Source: Chara braunii
Taxonomy: Eukaryota; Plantae; Charophyceae
Direction of reading: 5' to 3'
NCBI GenBank assembly: GCA_003427395.1
Contig: BFEA01000016.1
Span: forward strand, 1,829,311 to 1,893,310
Length of the DNA: 64,000 nt
Shown here: positions 12,117 through 24,358 of the stretch, piece after piece
Position numbering within the stretch: position 1 is the stretch's first letter
How the letters are laid out: each line of letters begins with the position of its first letter
The notes under the pieces: model-generated
What the model saw: the letters and a program-made list of their open reading frames with translations, nothing else
Database searches by the model: none
Told to the model about the DNA's origin: nothing
Translations under genes and position numbers: made by a program

Positions 12117-12187
12117 ACGGCGAGCTGAGTTTGCTCTGCAGGTGTTTAAAAGAAGACCAGCAACATGATCATTATGGTCACGGTTGT

Positions 12188-12249
<62 letters not shown>

Positions 12250-12639
12250 AGATAGTGAATTAAAGAGGAAAAATGGGAAGGAATATAAGTAGAAGCATAT
12301 TTCCAGACATACTTGACTCAAGTACAATGTTGAAGGTAGCCATCAAGATTACACCCCCCATAAGTAGGAAACATTCGCATAACTACCATTTCATCATGGC
12401 AACCCCATTCCTCAGTAACTCGATAACAAACGGGAGAAGGTAACACACATCGTAATCCCACATCTCATCTAGAAGTATATAAGTGGAGACTTTGAGCGTG
12501 GCACTCAGAGACACAAGATTATCACTAACCATTCATTGATCCAATTCAACCCTCCACCGTGTGTAAGAGTTCCACATTTCCTCCAGAGCCTCTTTTACTG
12601 CCGATCACACTCGGCAATATGCTGATATCCAAAACCACC

Positions 12640-12815
12640 ATCCGTCGTGGGTGTCTGTCCATGCCCTATCTTTGCTTCCATGTCTAGGGCCTTCTTGCTA
12701 AACGAGGGAAAGTTGTGCATGTTGATGTTGGCCTCACCTGCCAACTGATTCCTGAGAGGCATAGGAAAGCATCTCAGGTAGGAGGTGAGTAGAACCTGGG
12801 CGTCAGGTAGGGCTT
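12640..12815 (-). pseudogene. Possible retrotransposon gag-like fragment
   Basis: LPDAQVLLTSYLRCFPMPLRNQLAGEANINMHNFPSFSKKALDMEAKIG resembles the C-terminal helices of retrotransposon Gag. Short and isolated. Confidence 0.35.
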
Positions 12816-12949
12816 TATTTTTGTTATTTTTTATTATTGTTTTCATTTATTTCGTTCTTGTTGTTAAGTATGATAGTGTCTGATAGTGTGTGTGTGTGTT
12901 TGTATGATCTTGTGTGTGTGTGTTTGTATGATCTTGTTTGTGTGTGCAT

Positions 12950-12998
<49 letters not shown>

Positions 12999-13399
12999 AG
13001 AGAGAGAGAGAGGTGCACAAACATTATGAACTTGATGGCGGTACTAGTCTTCAATACAACAGCTGATGTTGTAACTGTGATGAAGAGTTGCTCGGTGAAT
13101 ACATGCCTGTCTCCATCCTCTCTCTATTCTACCTTGTCTCCTGAGTCTCAATTCTCTTCTTTGTAATGAACCCAGTCTGGCAGATACTCAGAAGTCGTCG
13201 AACATCAGTAATCTCATTAATTGCATCAAAGTCTCCAAATCGTGAAGTGATATCTTCAAACAGTGTCTCATTATCATCAAAAGAAGAGAGTGGAGGGGGA
13301 GTAGACAAAGGAGAAGATGAAAGATCACACAAATAATCCTTTCAGATCCCTCTCCTTCTCCGGGCTTCTTCCCTCTTCAAGTCAACAATGATAATAAGT

Positions 13400-15864
13400 A
13401 TATTCCTGACCATGTGTACTCGTGCATCAGATTGGCTAACGTCTTTTGCCAACCGAAGTGTCCCTCTGTATCATGGCATTCCCCTAGGATCAGACTGCTG
13501 ATCTCCTCACTGTTGGGGACACGTAGACGGTCTACTACGTTAGTCTTCTTAAATAGTAACCCTCTGTAGTGCGGTAATCTGGTTCACTCTCTGGGGCCTC
13601 CTTGACTCTCTTGAGGACGTCACTATAGATAGGGTCCTGCGCATATGCTTGTCTAACTTTCTCTTGCAGGTCACTCCCTATATCCAAATAGTGAACTATG
13701 GCTCCAAAGTAGTCTGATCTCCTACTTTGAGCATCCGCAACTACATTGTACTTGCCCTTCACTAGCTTGAGCTCAAAGTCATATTGGTCTATTTCAGTGG
13801 TCCACCTAGTCAACTTAGGTGTCATCTTGGCCTGTGTCTTCAACCATCTAAGCGTCTCATGGTCTGAATACACCTTGAAGTGCCTCCCAAGCAGATAATG
13901 ATTCCAGCGCTCTAAAGCCTGCCTGAGAGCGTAGAGTTCTCTCTCGTACGTCGAGGTAGCAACCTTCTCTGAGGGCATCCTCGCTGACATGAACTCTACT
14001 GGTTTATAACCATTGCCGTCGTCTTGCTGTAACACGGCGCCTATGCCATACTGACTCACGTCTGTGGTGACGACAAATGGCAAGGACGGATCTGCTACCT
14101 TGAGGACAGGGTACTCTATCAAGGCGCGCTTTAACTTCTTTAGCGCAGACGTACAGTCTTTATCCCACTGCCAAATTGCCTCTTTCTTGAGCAACCTGCG
14201 CAAGGGAGCGACGATGGTAGAGAAGTTCCTCACGAACTTCCTGTAGTAATTAGCTAGGCCCAGAAACAACCGCAACTCTATCAATGTGCAGGGTGTCGGC
14301 CAGTCTCTAATTGCCGCTATCTTGCTGTCCTCTGGCTTAATCCCATCTCCGTCTAACACGTGGACCAAGTACAGGGCTTGTGTCTTGGCCCACTCGCACT
14401 TCTTCGCATTGATCTTGAAGTTAGCTTCTCTCAGCTTCTCCAAGACTTGCCTCAAATGACCCTGGTGTTCTTGGAGGGTCCTACTGAAAACTAAAATGTC
14501 GTCTAGATACACTACGACAAATCTATCTAACCAAGGCCTAAACAAATCATTCATACATCGCTGAAATGTCGCTGGCGCGTTAGTCAGTCCAAAGGGCATT
14601 ACTATGAACTCATAATGCCCATATCTCGTCCGGAACGCAGTCTTTTACTGGTCATCAGGATGGACTTCTATCTGATGATAGCCGGACTTCAAATCTATCT
14701 TTGAGAAATACTTGCACCCCTGCACCCGATCTAAGAGATCGTCTATCCTGGGCAATGGTTCAACATTCTTGACTGTAATAGCATTCAGACCCCTATAGTC
14801 TATACACATGCGCAACTCTCCTTCCTTCTTGGGGACAAATAACACTGGTGCTCCAAAGGGAGACGAACTGGGTCTAATCCAACCTTTCTCCAGGAGCTCG
14901 TCTAATTGCTTGCGCAGCTCCTCTAATTCTCTAGGGGACATCCTGTAGACTGCACCCTTAGGAGTTCTACTGCCAGGCTCTATCTCTATCCTGTGCTGGG
15001 TTGGCCGCGACACTACTCGTGTCGGCGACTCTGAGAGGTCTTTAAACTCTTCCAGCAGCTTGGCAATAGCTGGATCCGTGGAACTGTCCTCTTGATTCGT
15101 CTATGTGACAGGTTTAACATATGCTACAAAGACCTGATCTTCCAATTGCTCCTTTCTCACTAGTCGTGCGAACGCGGGAGCACTGAGACAGCAATGTGCC
15201 AGTGAGTTATCTACTCCTGACACATGAAACAGACGGGCCGTCTTAACCTCGCCTGACGGACTAGGGAGCCTACACTCATGCTCTCTCAGGGGAGTGTGGC
15301 CCCTGGTGCCTCTGCCCAGTCCATGCCTAGGACTATGTCAAATGGAAGGTCATCCTGTATGAGGAGAGTCAGGGAATGGAGAACTTTCTCCACCTTCCCA
15401 TCTTTCTCTAGGTGAAAATACGCTTGGACTCCCTCTACGTAGTTCTCAACTCGCATCGTGCGGTTGTCTATGGGGTTTGCTAACTTTTGGACTTTCAATC
15501 CTAGCCTCAACTTTTTCAGCACTTTGCGGCTAATGTAACTGCGGGTGGCCCCTGAATCTATAAGGGCCCCTACTCTACTTCTAAACACCTCTACTAGCTG
15601 CCCTTTACTGTCTTTCTTCATCTTGGCCCAGGCATGCATCCTCTCCTTCAACTCCTCTGCCACGCCTGTGAGGGACGTGCCTAGAGAGACGCTGACACAA
15701 GCGGTCTCTGGACAACTAACTAGGCACGGGCCTGCAACCTCTGCCGAAGGCGCAGGTGGTGTGGGAGTTTCCTCTACGCTTGCGCTCACTTCTCCACATG
15801 GCCTAAAAGTAGGGGCAGTTGCGACCCCTACCGGCGGCTGCCTTTTGACTCCTGGGCAGCCCAA
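13400..15864 (-). pseudogene. pol: gypsy pol: aspartic protease, RT, RNase H, integrase N-terminus
   Basis: ALIDSGATRSYIS; [30 protein letters not shown]; in-frame TAA at 14645; MPFGLTNAPATFQ; VVVYLDDILVFS; VVTTDVSQYGIGAVLQQ; HDTEGHFGWQKT. Several stops and frameshifts. Confidence 0.93.
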
Positions 15865-15879
15865 CGGGCCTGTCTATAC

Positions 15880-17055
15880 TTAGGACAATATTTTATGATA
15901 TGGGCAGGGTCACCACAATAAATGCACTGCCCTTGCTCCATCGGTTGCTGCCACACTTTCTGATCTAGGCCCAAATCTTCCCAGGGCTGGCCTTGTGGCC
16001 AGCCTGGGTGCCAACCTCCTGACCTTTGAGGTGATCTGCCACCTCATCGCTGTGGGGACCGACAGGGACCTTGACGATTCGGCAGGGGACCTTGACCCCT
16101 ACCTCCTGCTTGGCGGTTCCCTTGACCGCCAACCCCCTGAGCGCTCGATCCTCGGCCTCCCATGGCCTGGCCCCTTTGGCCCTGGCCTCCTCCCCTACCT
16201 TGCGGCCTCCCTCCAGCCGCGACAGCAGCATAGGACCTCCCTTGACCTATGCTACTGTCCTCCTTCTCGAGGCCCCACTCAATCTGACTATAGGGGACCT
16301 CGTCAGTACCACATTCTTCCAATGTAAGGATCATGTGATCCTTAGCCCTAACCTGACCTGAGATGGTACGCCCTTTCCACTTCTTTCCCTTGTCTAAGTC
16401 CTTATGCCAGAAAGTGGAAATTGGCATGGACTTGGCCTCAAACAAGACCACCTCCCTACTCAACGTATCGTACGTAATGTTGGGCTGTTGGGTCTTGTCA
16501 AAAAAGTGCCCTCGTAAGGGCTCTGGCATGGCTTGATAAAACAGCTGAATCAACTGGGTCTCAGTGACCCCGTGGTCCGGGACGGCTACCAAGTGGTCCA
16601 TGACAGCTTTGAGTGCTCTCGCACTCCTCCACTGCCACGAATGGATGGTTTGGAGCTTATCAGAGGCCCTGACGCCTCTAGTGACGTCAGCAAACCTCTC
16701 GCGCAGGAGTTTGAGGAAAGTAGTGAGGGGGGTAAGTCTAGAGTATGCGATCATGTTGTGCTCGCAATCTGCGGCACGTGCGAGAGACCTGGCGAAGCTG
16801 GCTGCTTCGTCTTTCAACGCATGGAAGGCGACGAGGACTTGCTCCTCGGGGGCGATATGTTGTAAAAAGACATAGGTGTTTATGCTGGCCTCCCAGTTAT
16901 CGAAACTCTCCTCCTTCTTCCCGCTGTATGGGTCACGGATCGCATCGCTTGCAGGCCTGATGCTCTTCTAGCCAGGCCTCACTCAAAATTTCTAGGAAGC
17001 CCATCACCTTATCCAGTTTGGCAGAGACCTCTGTTTGGGCCTGCAATTCCTGCCT
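15880..17055 (-). pseudogene. gag: gypsy gag (disrupted, runs into an N gap)
   Basis: ORF 16044-16817 (FLKLLRERF..., LIQLFYQAMPEPLR, RG-rich tail) lies directly upstream of the protease. Confidence 0.75.
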
Positions 17056-18959
17056 NNNNNNNNNNNNNNNNNNNNNNNNNNNNNNNNNNNNNNNNNNNNN
17101 NNNNNNNNNNNNNNNNNNNNNNNNNNNNNNNNNNNNNNNNNNNNNNNNNNNNNNNNNNNNNNNNNNNNNNNNNNNNNNNNNNNNNNNNNNNNNNNNNNNN
17201 NNNNNNNNNNNNNNNNNNNNNNNNNNNNNNNNNNNNNNNNNNNNNNNNNNNNNNNNNNNNNNNNNNNNNNNNNNNNNNNNNNNNNNNNNNNNNNNNNNNN
17301 NNNNNNNNNNNNNNNNNNNNNNNNNNNNNNNNNNNNNNNNNNNNNNNNNNNNNNNNNNNNNNNNNNNNNNNNNNNNNNNNNNNNNNNNNNNNNNNNNNNN
17401 NNNNNNNNNNNNNNNNNNNNNNNNNNNNNNNNNNNNNNNNNNNNNNNNNNNNNNNNNNNNNNNNNNNNNNNNNNNNNNNNNNNNNNNNNNNNNNNNNNNN
17501 NNNNNNNNNNNNNNNNNNNNNNNNNNNNNNNNNNNNNNNNNNNNNNNNNNNNNNNNNNNNNNNNNNNNNNNNNNNNNNNNNNNNNNNNNNNNNNNNNNNN
17601 NNNNNNNNNNNNNNNNNNNNNNNNNNNNNNNNNNNNNNNNNNNNNNNNNNNNNNNNNNNNNNNNNNNNNNNNNNNNNNNNNNNNNNNNNNNNNNNNNNNN
17701 NNNNNNNNNNNNNNNNNNNNNNNNNNNNNNNNNNNNNNNNNNNNNNNNNNNNNNNNNNNNNNNNNNNNNNNNNNNNNNNNNNNNNNNNNNNNNNNNNNNN
17801 NNNNNNNNNNNNNNNNNNNNNNNNNNNNNNNNNNNNNNNNNNNNNNNNNNNNNNNNNNNNGACAGGACGACGTGATCAGCAGGTCTCTCAACACTTAGAC
17901 GGCCTGTTGTGCAGCCCACAACTCGGATTTTGGGCCTACCGTGCCACACCGAGCAACCCGCCGGTCAGTACCGGTCCTTGGGAGGGTTCGTGTCCTCCGG
18001 GACAGTCGAGTCGTCAGACATAGTCTTTAGCCCTACTCAGCCCGTGTGGGTTTGGTCAACAAGGCCCTATCCTTCATCCACAGAGTTCCTACACCTGGAC
18101 AAAAGAGACTCGATGCAGAAAGAAGAGACAGACAGACTTGACTCAGCAAGTACCACAGGGTGTGTGCACATCCATAGGGCGAGGGGATAGGCTGAAGGCT
18201 TGGCGAGTTTATACCGGCTCCAAACTCGTGGTCAACGGTCTTGGTCAACGCCTTGGTCAACGCTTGGTCAATGCTGCATCAACCCCCGGTCAACTTCGGT
18301 CAACGTTGGTCAACACCTCGGTCAGCTCCCGGTCAACCCGGTCAACGCCCGGTCACTCTCCCGGTCAACTCCTCCGGTCAACAGTCGGCTATGGCGGCCG
18401 GCTTCACTTTCATCGCCACCTTTCTCTTTCCTTTCTCCCTTCTTCGCCTCCTTTCTCTTCACCCCGGCTGTCTTCTTTCGCTCTTTTTTTTTTTTTTTTT
18501 TTTTTTATCGTCTCTCTCCCTTCACCTCCTCGGCTATGGTTTCTTTCACCTTCCTCAGTCTCCTCCTCCGCCCTCTCTCTCAACCTCCTTCGTTCTCTGT
18601 GGTCGAGCTCCGCGGCTATGGCCGCCTCTCGCTTCCTGGGACTGCATGGCACACTTCGCAGGTAAGTGACAACCAAACTTGTATCGCTCATCTCTCTCCT
18701 CTCTCTCTCTCTCGCGCGCGCGCCGTAGCGATGTCTTCAACGCAGGTACATGGTAAGCCAATCTTGTATCGCTCAACCTTTCTCTCCCTCTCTCTCTCTC
18801 TGTCTTCTTCTTTGTCGTGGTCTTCTCGGCAGGTGTGCGCGGCGGCTTCTTCAACCTCCAGGTCCGCTATGGCGGACTTCTTCTGTCGGCGGCCACCTCA
18901 GCTATGGCGCATCACTCTCCCTGCGACACACAACGCTGCGCGTGGAATAGCGGGTACGA

Positions 18960-18971
18960 GCTCCGGTACCA
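18960..18971 (-). promoter_or_regulatory. Primer-binding site (tRNA-iMet-like)
   Basis: The minus strand reads ...ATTGCA-T-TGGTACCGGAGC, a 10/12 match to the canonical TGGTATCAGAGC, immediately after the LTR CA end. Confidence 0.75.
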
Positions 18972-18972
18972 A

Positions 18973-19943
18973 TGCAATCAGACTCGTTTTCATTCACACT
19001 TTACATGCATGCAAACAGTAACGCAGCAGAATGGCGACCTGCGCCCACTCAGTACTCAGAGATATGGCAACCCAGATATGAGTTCACTTCCAATGGTTAT
19101 GGCGACACAGCGCCCATACAACTCTCTGTTCGCATACAATGGATCACCCTGGATATCCCACATGCGACTCTCTGAACACTCACGCACACACACACACTGA
19201 ACCCCAACTACAGCTATGGCGGCTATGGCCGCCGCTACTCTATCGCTATGGCTAAGCGTCTCTCTCGCCCACTTCGTCTACGGGCTCTCTGCAGAGCACC
19301 TCGCACAAGTCGCTGTGGCAGCGCTTCTGCATGGCTCACGCAGGAATGAATGAATGGCTGGGCGCTGCCTCTTGATTTATACTTCTGCAGTGCGTTGGTC
19401 TGGCCCTTTCCCATGCCCGAAGTGCACACAGTCCCATGCGGTACTTGCTTGACTGGACCAGGACTGCCTAGGACTGGGACTGCTGACTCAGCACGGGTAG
19501 ACTCCACCACTTGCCCACTTGCCTCGCCACTTGCCCACTTGCCTCAGTCTAAACGTGGGCAACTTCGGAAGGCCACTACTGGGACCTTCCGGAAGGCCGT
19601 GGACCTGGCCTTTCGTGACTGTAGCAGCTACAACGTTGACCCTTCTGGACTGTAGCAGCTACAACCTTGACCTTTCGGGAAAGCTACAGCTACGACTCCT
19701 AGACCTGACTAAGACTCCTACTCGACAGGTCTACAGATCGAACCCTTGCGACCTCTGGACCCTACGGCAGTCTACCACTGTTACAAATACACAGGTCATG
19801 GGTTCAACTCTAGGGGTCGACACAGGTACTGTACACAGGTAAGCTGGGGACTAGGGATCGAATCCTGAGATCTGCATCAGCTACTGCGACTGGTGAATAC
19901 CGTTTCACTTGGCTCTATGTACATCACTCGACTGAGCCTGTAT

Positions 19944-19945
<2 letters not shown>
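18973..19945 (-). repeat. 5' LTR (~970 bp)
   Basis: TG...CA termini and an adjacent PBS. The left boundary is supported by a second copy starting tgtaatcagactcg at 59646. The right boundary (gtatca|gtgtgt) is inferred. Confidence 0.75.
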
Positions 19946-19991
<46 letters not shown>

Positions 19992-20367
19992 TGATGTGTG
20001 TGAAAACACATGGAGGACATCCTCGGCACAGAGACTGTGCACGTAATCGACACAATACTTCATGAGGAGACACACATCTGAGTGAGTCGAGTCGACAGGC
20101 AATCCTTAAAGTAGCGTTGCAGGTCCACTTGACAAAAAAGTCGAAAAGAAATACTACAAGTACAAGGCGAAAAGGTAGACAAATGACACAAGGCAACGAG
20201 GCACGAAAGACAGTGAAGCGAAGGACATAGGCTGGAGGGCACAGGGTAGGCGGGTGGGCAGACAAACGACACAAGGCCAGCCAACGAAAAGGCAAGTGGA
20301 AGAGCAACAGGCAAACAAAAAGAGAAAGGACCAAAAAACAGAAAGTGAAAAAAATGAAACTGATGAT

Positions 20368-20423
20368 AGATTGTTTCATCGGAGTCACACCAGCTCATCA
20401 GGAGGCTGAACCCTCGACAATCT
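20368..20423 (-). ncRNA. Type III hammerhead ribozyme (copy 2)
   Basis: AGAUUGU-C / GAGG-GUUCAG-CCUC / CUGAUGA / GCUGG-UGUGACU-CCGAU / GAA / ACAAUCU. Canonical GUC; stems I and III perfect; stem II damaged. Confidence 0.88.
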
Positions 20424-21046
20424 GCAGAATGTCCGTATTTGATGGTTTGGGTCATGAACCCATGTTGAAAGCAGGCTGTCCGCAAGCGGAACACACCAGC
20501 GGGCAGCAACTCTGCAGAGCACCAGGCAACGCAGTAGAGGCAACACGGCTGCACAACGCCAAAAACGACTGCAAGGAACGATGTGACACGCAGGGCACAC
20601 AGCACGGCGACGACGTAGTGAAGCACAAGGCAACATCATCAAGGCAACCACACTGCCAGGGACGGCAGGGCAAGCGGGTGAGCAGCACAACAACCATGCG
20701 GTGAAGCACAAGGCAGCGCCAACAACCCGGGCACACCACACAGCGAAGACAGCAGCTTGCCAAGAACGACCTGCAAGCAAGCGGAACGGGCAGCAAGGCA
20801 GCGGCAGAGCGCAAACGAGGAAGTCAACACATCCAACACGGAGCAAAGCAGCACATCACCTACTCATATCACTGGTGAACCCCGCAGACTGTTGGTTCCC
20901 ACCACCCACTGAGCCAGGGAGTCACTCCGGCGAGCATCCGTCATCATCCACAGGCAACACAGGCATCCCGAACCGAGCGGGCCCCCTAAGAGTGCTGTAG
21001 GCACTCCAGACGAGGAATGACCGACTGTTTGGCATTACTTGAAGGT

Positions 21047-22247
21047 TGTTACGATCCTGGCCAATTTCGAAGTATACATTCATCAGAAAGTACAATGCCG
21101 TCCAATTGCAAAAATAAATGAATGAACTTGAGAGGAGAGGAGGGAAAGAAGAAGAAGACGAAGAAAGAAAGAAGAAGAAGATGATGTACTCCAGCATAGA
21201 CCAAAGTTAATGCTCTCCTTCTTTGCCAACCAATCTCCTCCTCCTTATCTCCTCCCCTCTTATTCAAACAAGAAATAACAATAATAATGTTGAATGGCTG
21301 AACCAGAATCAATTTCCGAATCCCTCTTCTACTGCAGGCACAACATGAGGTCCACCATAGCCATGGCTACCCTTCCTCTTCCTCTTCATGTAGGCCGAGG
21401 CTATGGCAGAGTACTGAGGGCTCTACCCTCCTGTCCAAAGGACAACCCAAAGCAGCTATGTCGCTGCTCTCCCGTCCTAAGGTCAACACAAGGCTGCTAT
21501 GCCGCTGCCCATTCAGCCACCATGCCTGACTCTGTCCCGAAGCCAAGGTGGAAGCTCCCGGGCTTCTTCCTCCCAGAAGCGCTGCAGTAGCCAGCGCTCC
21601 AACAGCGTGTCGCCAAACTTGCACAATGAACAATGAGGCTGGGCTCTTCGCTCAGCCTCTAGATATAGCGGCCTACTTGCCTCCTGGGCGGTGACTTCCA
21701 GGCCGCTCGGCCTCCCAAGCAACCGGTACCTCCTCCGAAAGGGAAACATCATTGCAGACTCTGATATTGCCCGCACAGGCCCTAGACTCAGACTGGATGG
21801 ACTGGTACCGGCCTAGACCTAGCCTACCACTATTGGGCCTCTAAAAATGCCAACTTTGTCTTCTTCTGCTCGGCCTTGAGGACCCGGCACATCTACTTCT
21901 ACTGGGTGCGGTACCGGCCTACCTGCTACTTGATTGTTTTTCCTCGGCTCTAAGTGCCGCGAGCCTCTGGCTCTGCTACTTGAGTGTTTTCCCTGCTGCA
22001 ACCCTCGATATCGCGGCCCCAGGTAAGTACCGGCCCTACGGGCCACCCAAACAAGCAAGTACCCTTGCGGGTCACACACACACTCATGCTGACAAGCACT
22101 CAGACAGGCACGCAGGTCAACAAGCACGCACACATACAGACTTAGAAAACTCAGCAGAATGCGGGAATCTCAGCCAGGCATCCATTCCATCGGCAGAACT
22201 TCAGAAATCAGCAGTGTTCTCAGTCTGTGTTATGGCGGGTCATTACA
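21047..22247. mobile_element. Solo LTR (1201 bp) with 4-bp TSD AGGT
   Basis: TGTTACGAT...GTCATTACA termini; aggt at 21043-21046 and 22248-22251. Absent from the matching position in copy 1 of the host repeat. Confidence 0.85.
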
Positions 22248-22302
22248 AGGTGCTCAGTTGGGCATTACAAACAGCCGGAGGAAGACACGTATGCATGAAA
22301 CT

Positions 22303-22336
<34 letters not shown>

Positions 22337-22339
22337 NNN

Positions 22340-22418
<79 letters not shown>

Positions 22419-24001
22419 GTTGTCAGAGTTTGGCATAAGCAATGCCACGGTCATGCTTTATGCTGGGAAGCGTATGCAGTTGAAGTATAAGATGTATTGA
22501 GTGTTGAACCGCCAGTACATCGCCCATGCAGACTTTGAGAATCGAAATCGAGCCAATCCGAAATTTCGGGGGCTCGGGGCTACTGGACGACAATGGCTGG
22601 CACTGCTAGGCAAAGAAGGAAAAAAAGTGTGCTGCTGGCGTTTCGGCAAAGCTTGGCGTGCAGTGGGAATCTGCCGTGGCAAAAGGAGGCTTGGATGTAC
22701 TGGCCCTTCAAGAGGCATCAGTAGCAGTAGCAGCAGCAGGGGTAGGAGAAGGACGCACAGGAAGTGGAACTGTAGCGTGTGGGTCCAGAGACAACTGACT
22801 TGAAGTCATGGCTATGATGGTATACCATCTGTTGTAGATGTCTTTTGTGCAGGTTAAACCACCAGCACCTCTGGGCGTCTTCTGCCCCCCCTCTGACGCG
22901 AACAAATACAGACCCTCGCGGCACACCGATTCATCCACCGCATTAACGCCTAAGAACATGGTGGGTACAGGTGGGTTAATTGTTTGCAGGGTGAACTGAG
23001 TACAAGTAATGGAAAGCCAGCACCGACAGAGACAGAGAATGTACATCTCTGTGCAGATGAGATGGAGTTTTTCTCTTCCCCGACATTTTAGGGGCCTTGA
23101 GATGAGATGGGAGGGGAAAAATGAGAGTCTGCATTCCATTCTATAATGGTGGTGCTTTGGTTTTGTTCCGCTTGATCTGATTTGATGGTAAACCATGTCC
23201 ATGCTTGTCTTTGCAGAGAAGGAGGCGGGATTAGCTCAAGAGTCGAGAGCGGAGAAAATGCTGCGTGAACCAATCAGGCCATTGGGTGTGAAAAACTGGA
23301 CCGACCATCTTTGTGAGGTCTTGGGAAGGAAGGGCTTAGGTCAGCCAATGTCTGTACCTCCCTTCGCGGCAGTGGGAGGGAAGTAGAATGCTACTACTGT
23401 CTTGTTAAGAGACGGTCCGGCTCTTTGTTGTCATTATGACCGTAGGAAGTAGAACTCTGATGTTGATTTGAGGACGGCTACTGTGTCTGGTTGGGGACAA
23501 ATTGGACAACTCATTTTCTGTTTTTTTTGCGTGTGTGTTTGATTGTAATGTTACTGTCGCAGTCGTCGTCGCTTCTTTCTGCTGACAACTTTTCAAGAAT
23601 AGGACAGGATTGTTCATCTGTGAATGGTAAACACTGAACAGTAAGTACCTTCAGGGAAAGTGATTGATTGCTGTTTGTCTCGCAGAAAAGGAGAAAGGAG
23701 AACCTTTTGCTGACGGCAGGAGGATCTCTCTGTTAGAAGGCCAAATAATCCTTCGACTGGAAACATCCTTCCTCTCACAAAGAGGCAGGTGAGAAAGCAT
23801 TTCTCTCCTGCCTCTGTGTGTGGCTCTCTTTCCGTTAATTGTATATCAAGTTATCAACAATACAATACCCATTGCATGCTTTGACCGAGTTTTTTGCATC
23901 CTGCCGTATGTGTGACCAACCGATACCACGGTCGGTGGAGGTGGAATCTTCTCCCCCTCCTTCTCCTCCTCCTCCTCCTGCTGCCCCTCTCATATACACT
24001 G

Positions 24002-24179
24002 TTTTTTTTTTTTTTTTTCAAACGGCGACAGCCTTGAGTTATCATCATCATCGATCTGGCGGCCCTAGGTAATTCAGAATTGGAGTATTTTACTATTTTC
24101 AATTTTTCAGTGGAATTCGAACTCCAGTCTGTATTTCAACAGTTCAGTGGTGTACCACTGACCTAGGCCACTGGTCTCG
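24002..24179 (-). mobile_element. tRNA-derived SINE, copy A
   Basis: Minus strand: A box tggcctaggtcagtgg, B box gagttcgaattcc, A17 tail. TSD tatacactgt (23993) / tatacacggt (24180). Confidence 0.8.
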
Positions 24180-24197
24180 TATACACGGTAAAACACC

Positions 24198-24358
24198 TGT
24201 TTCTTTTTTCTGTTTGAAGTGCAGCGGCCTTTAGATATCATCCTTGAACTGATCGCCCCCCGCCAATTCACAATGATCTTCTTCTGCCTCTGAAGATATC
24301 TGGTTTCCATGTCGAGTCTGTATTTCATATGTTCAGCGGTGTACGAACTGTACGCCGG
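24198..24358 (-). mobile_element. tRNA-derived SINE, copy B (more diverged)
   Basis: Shares agtctgtatttca...gttcagcggtgtac and agatatcatccttgaactga with copies A and C; short A-rich tail. Confidence 0.65.

Larger units (their letters stand above)
13400..19945 (-). mobile_element. Ty3/gypsy LTR retrotransposon, 3'-truncated within integrase, inactivated
   Basis: Minus-strand order: 5' LTR (19945-18973), PBS, leader, gag, protease, RT, RNase H, then the start of the integrase Zn finger, which breaks off at ~13400. No 3' LTR. Confidence 0.92.
19991..22306 (-). mobile_element. Non-coding hammerhead-bearing repeat, copy 2, embedded in (GT)n and interrupted by a solo LTR
   Basis: (GT)n at 19946-19990 and 22307-22336. 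Homology to copy 1 resumes after the insertion (ggtgctcagttgggcat vs ggtgttcagttgagcat). Both copies end aaactgatt|gtgtgt. Confidence 0.8.

Noticed and set aside
10620-21046. The two repeat copies as the LTR pair of the gypsy element between them
   Set aside because: They lack TG..CA ends. The gypsy has its own PBS-adjacent LTR at 18973-19945, and unrelated DNA separates copy 1 from pol.
21058-21112. Hammerhead-like CTGATGA...GAAA on the minus strand in the solo LTR
   Set aside because: Stem II lacks the closing pair and stem I cannot form.
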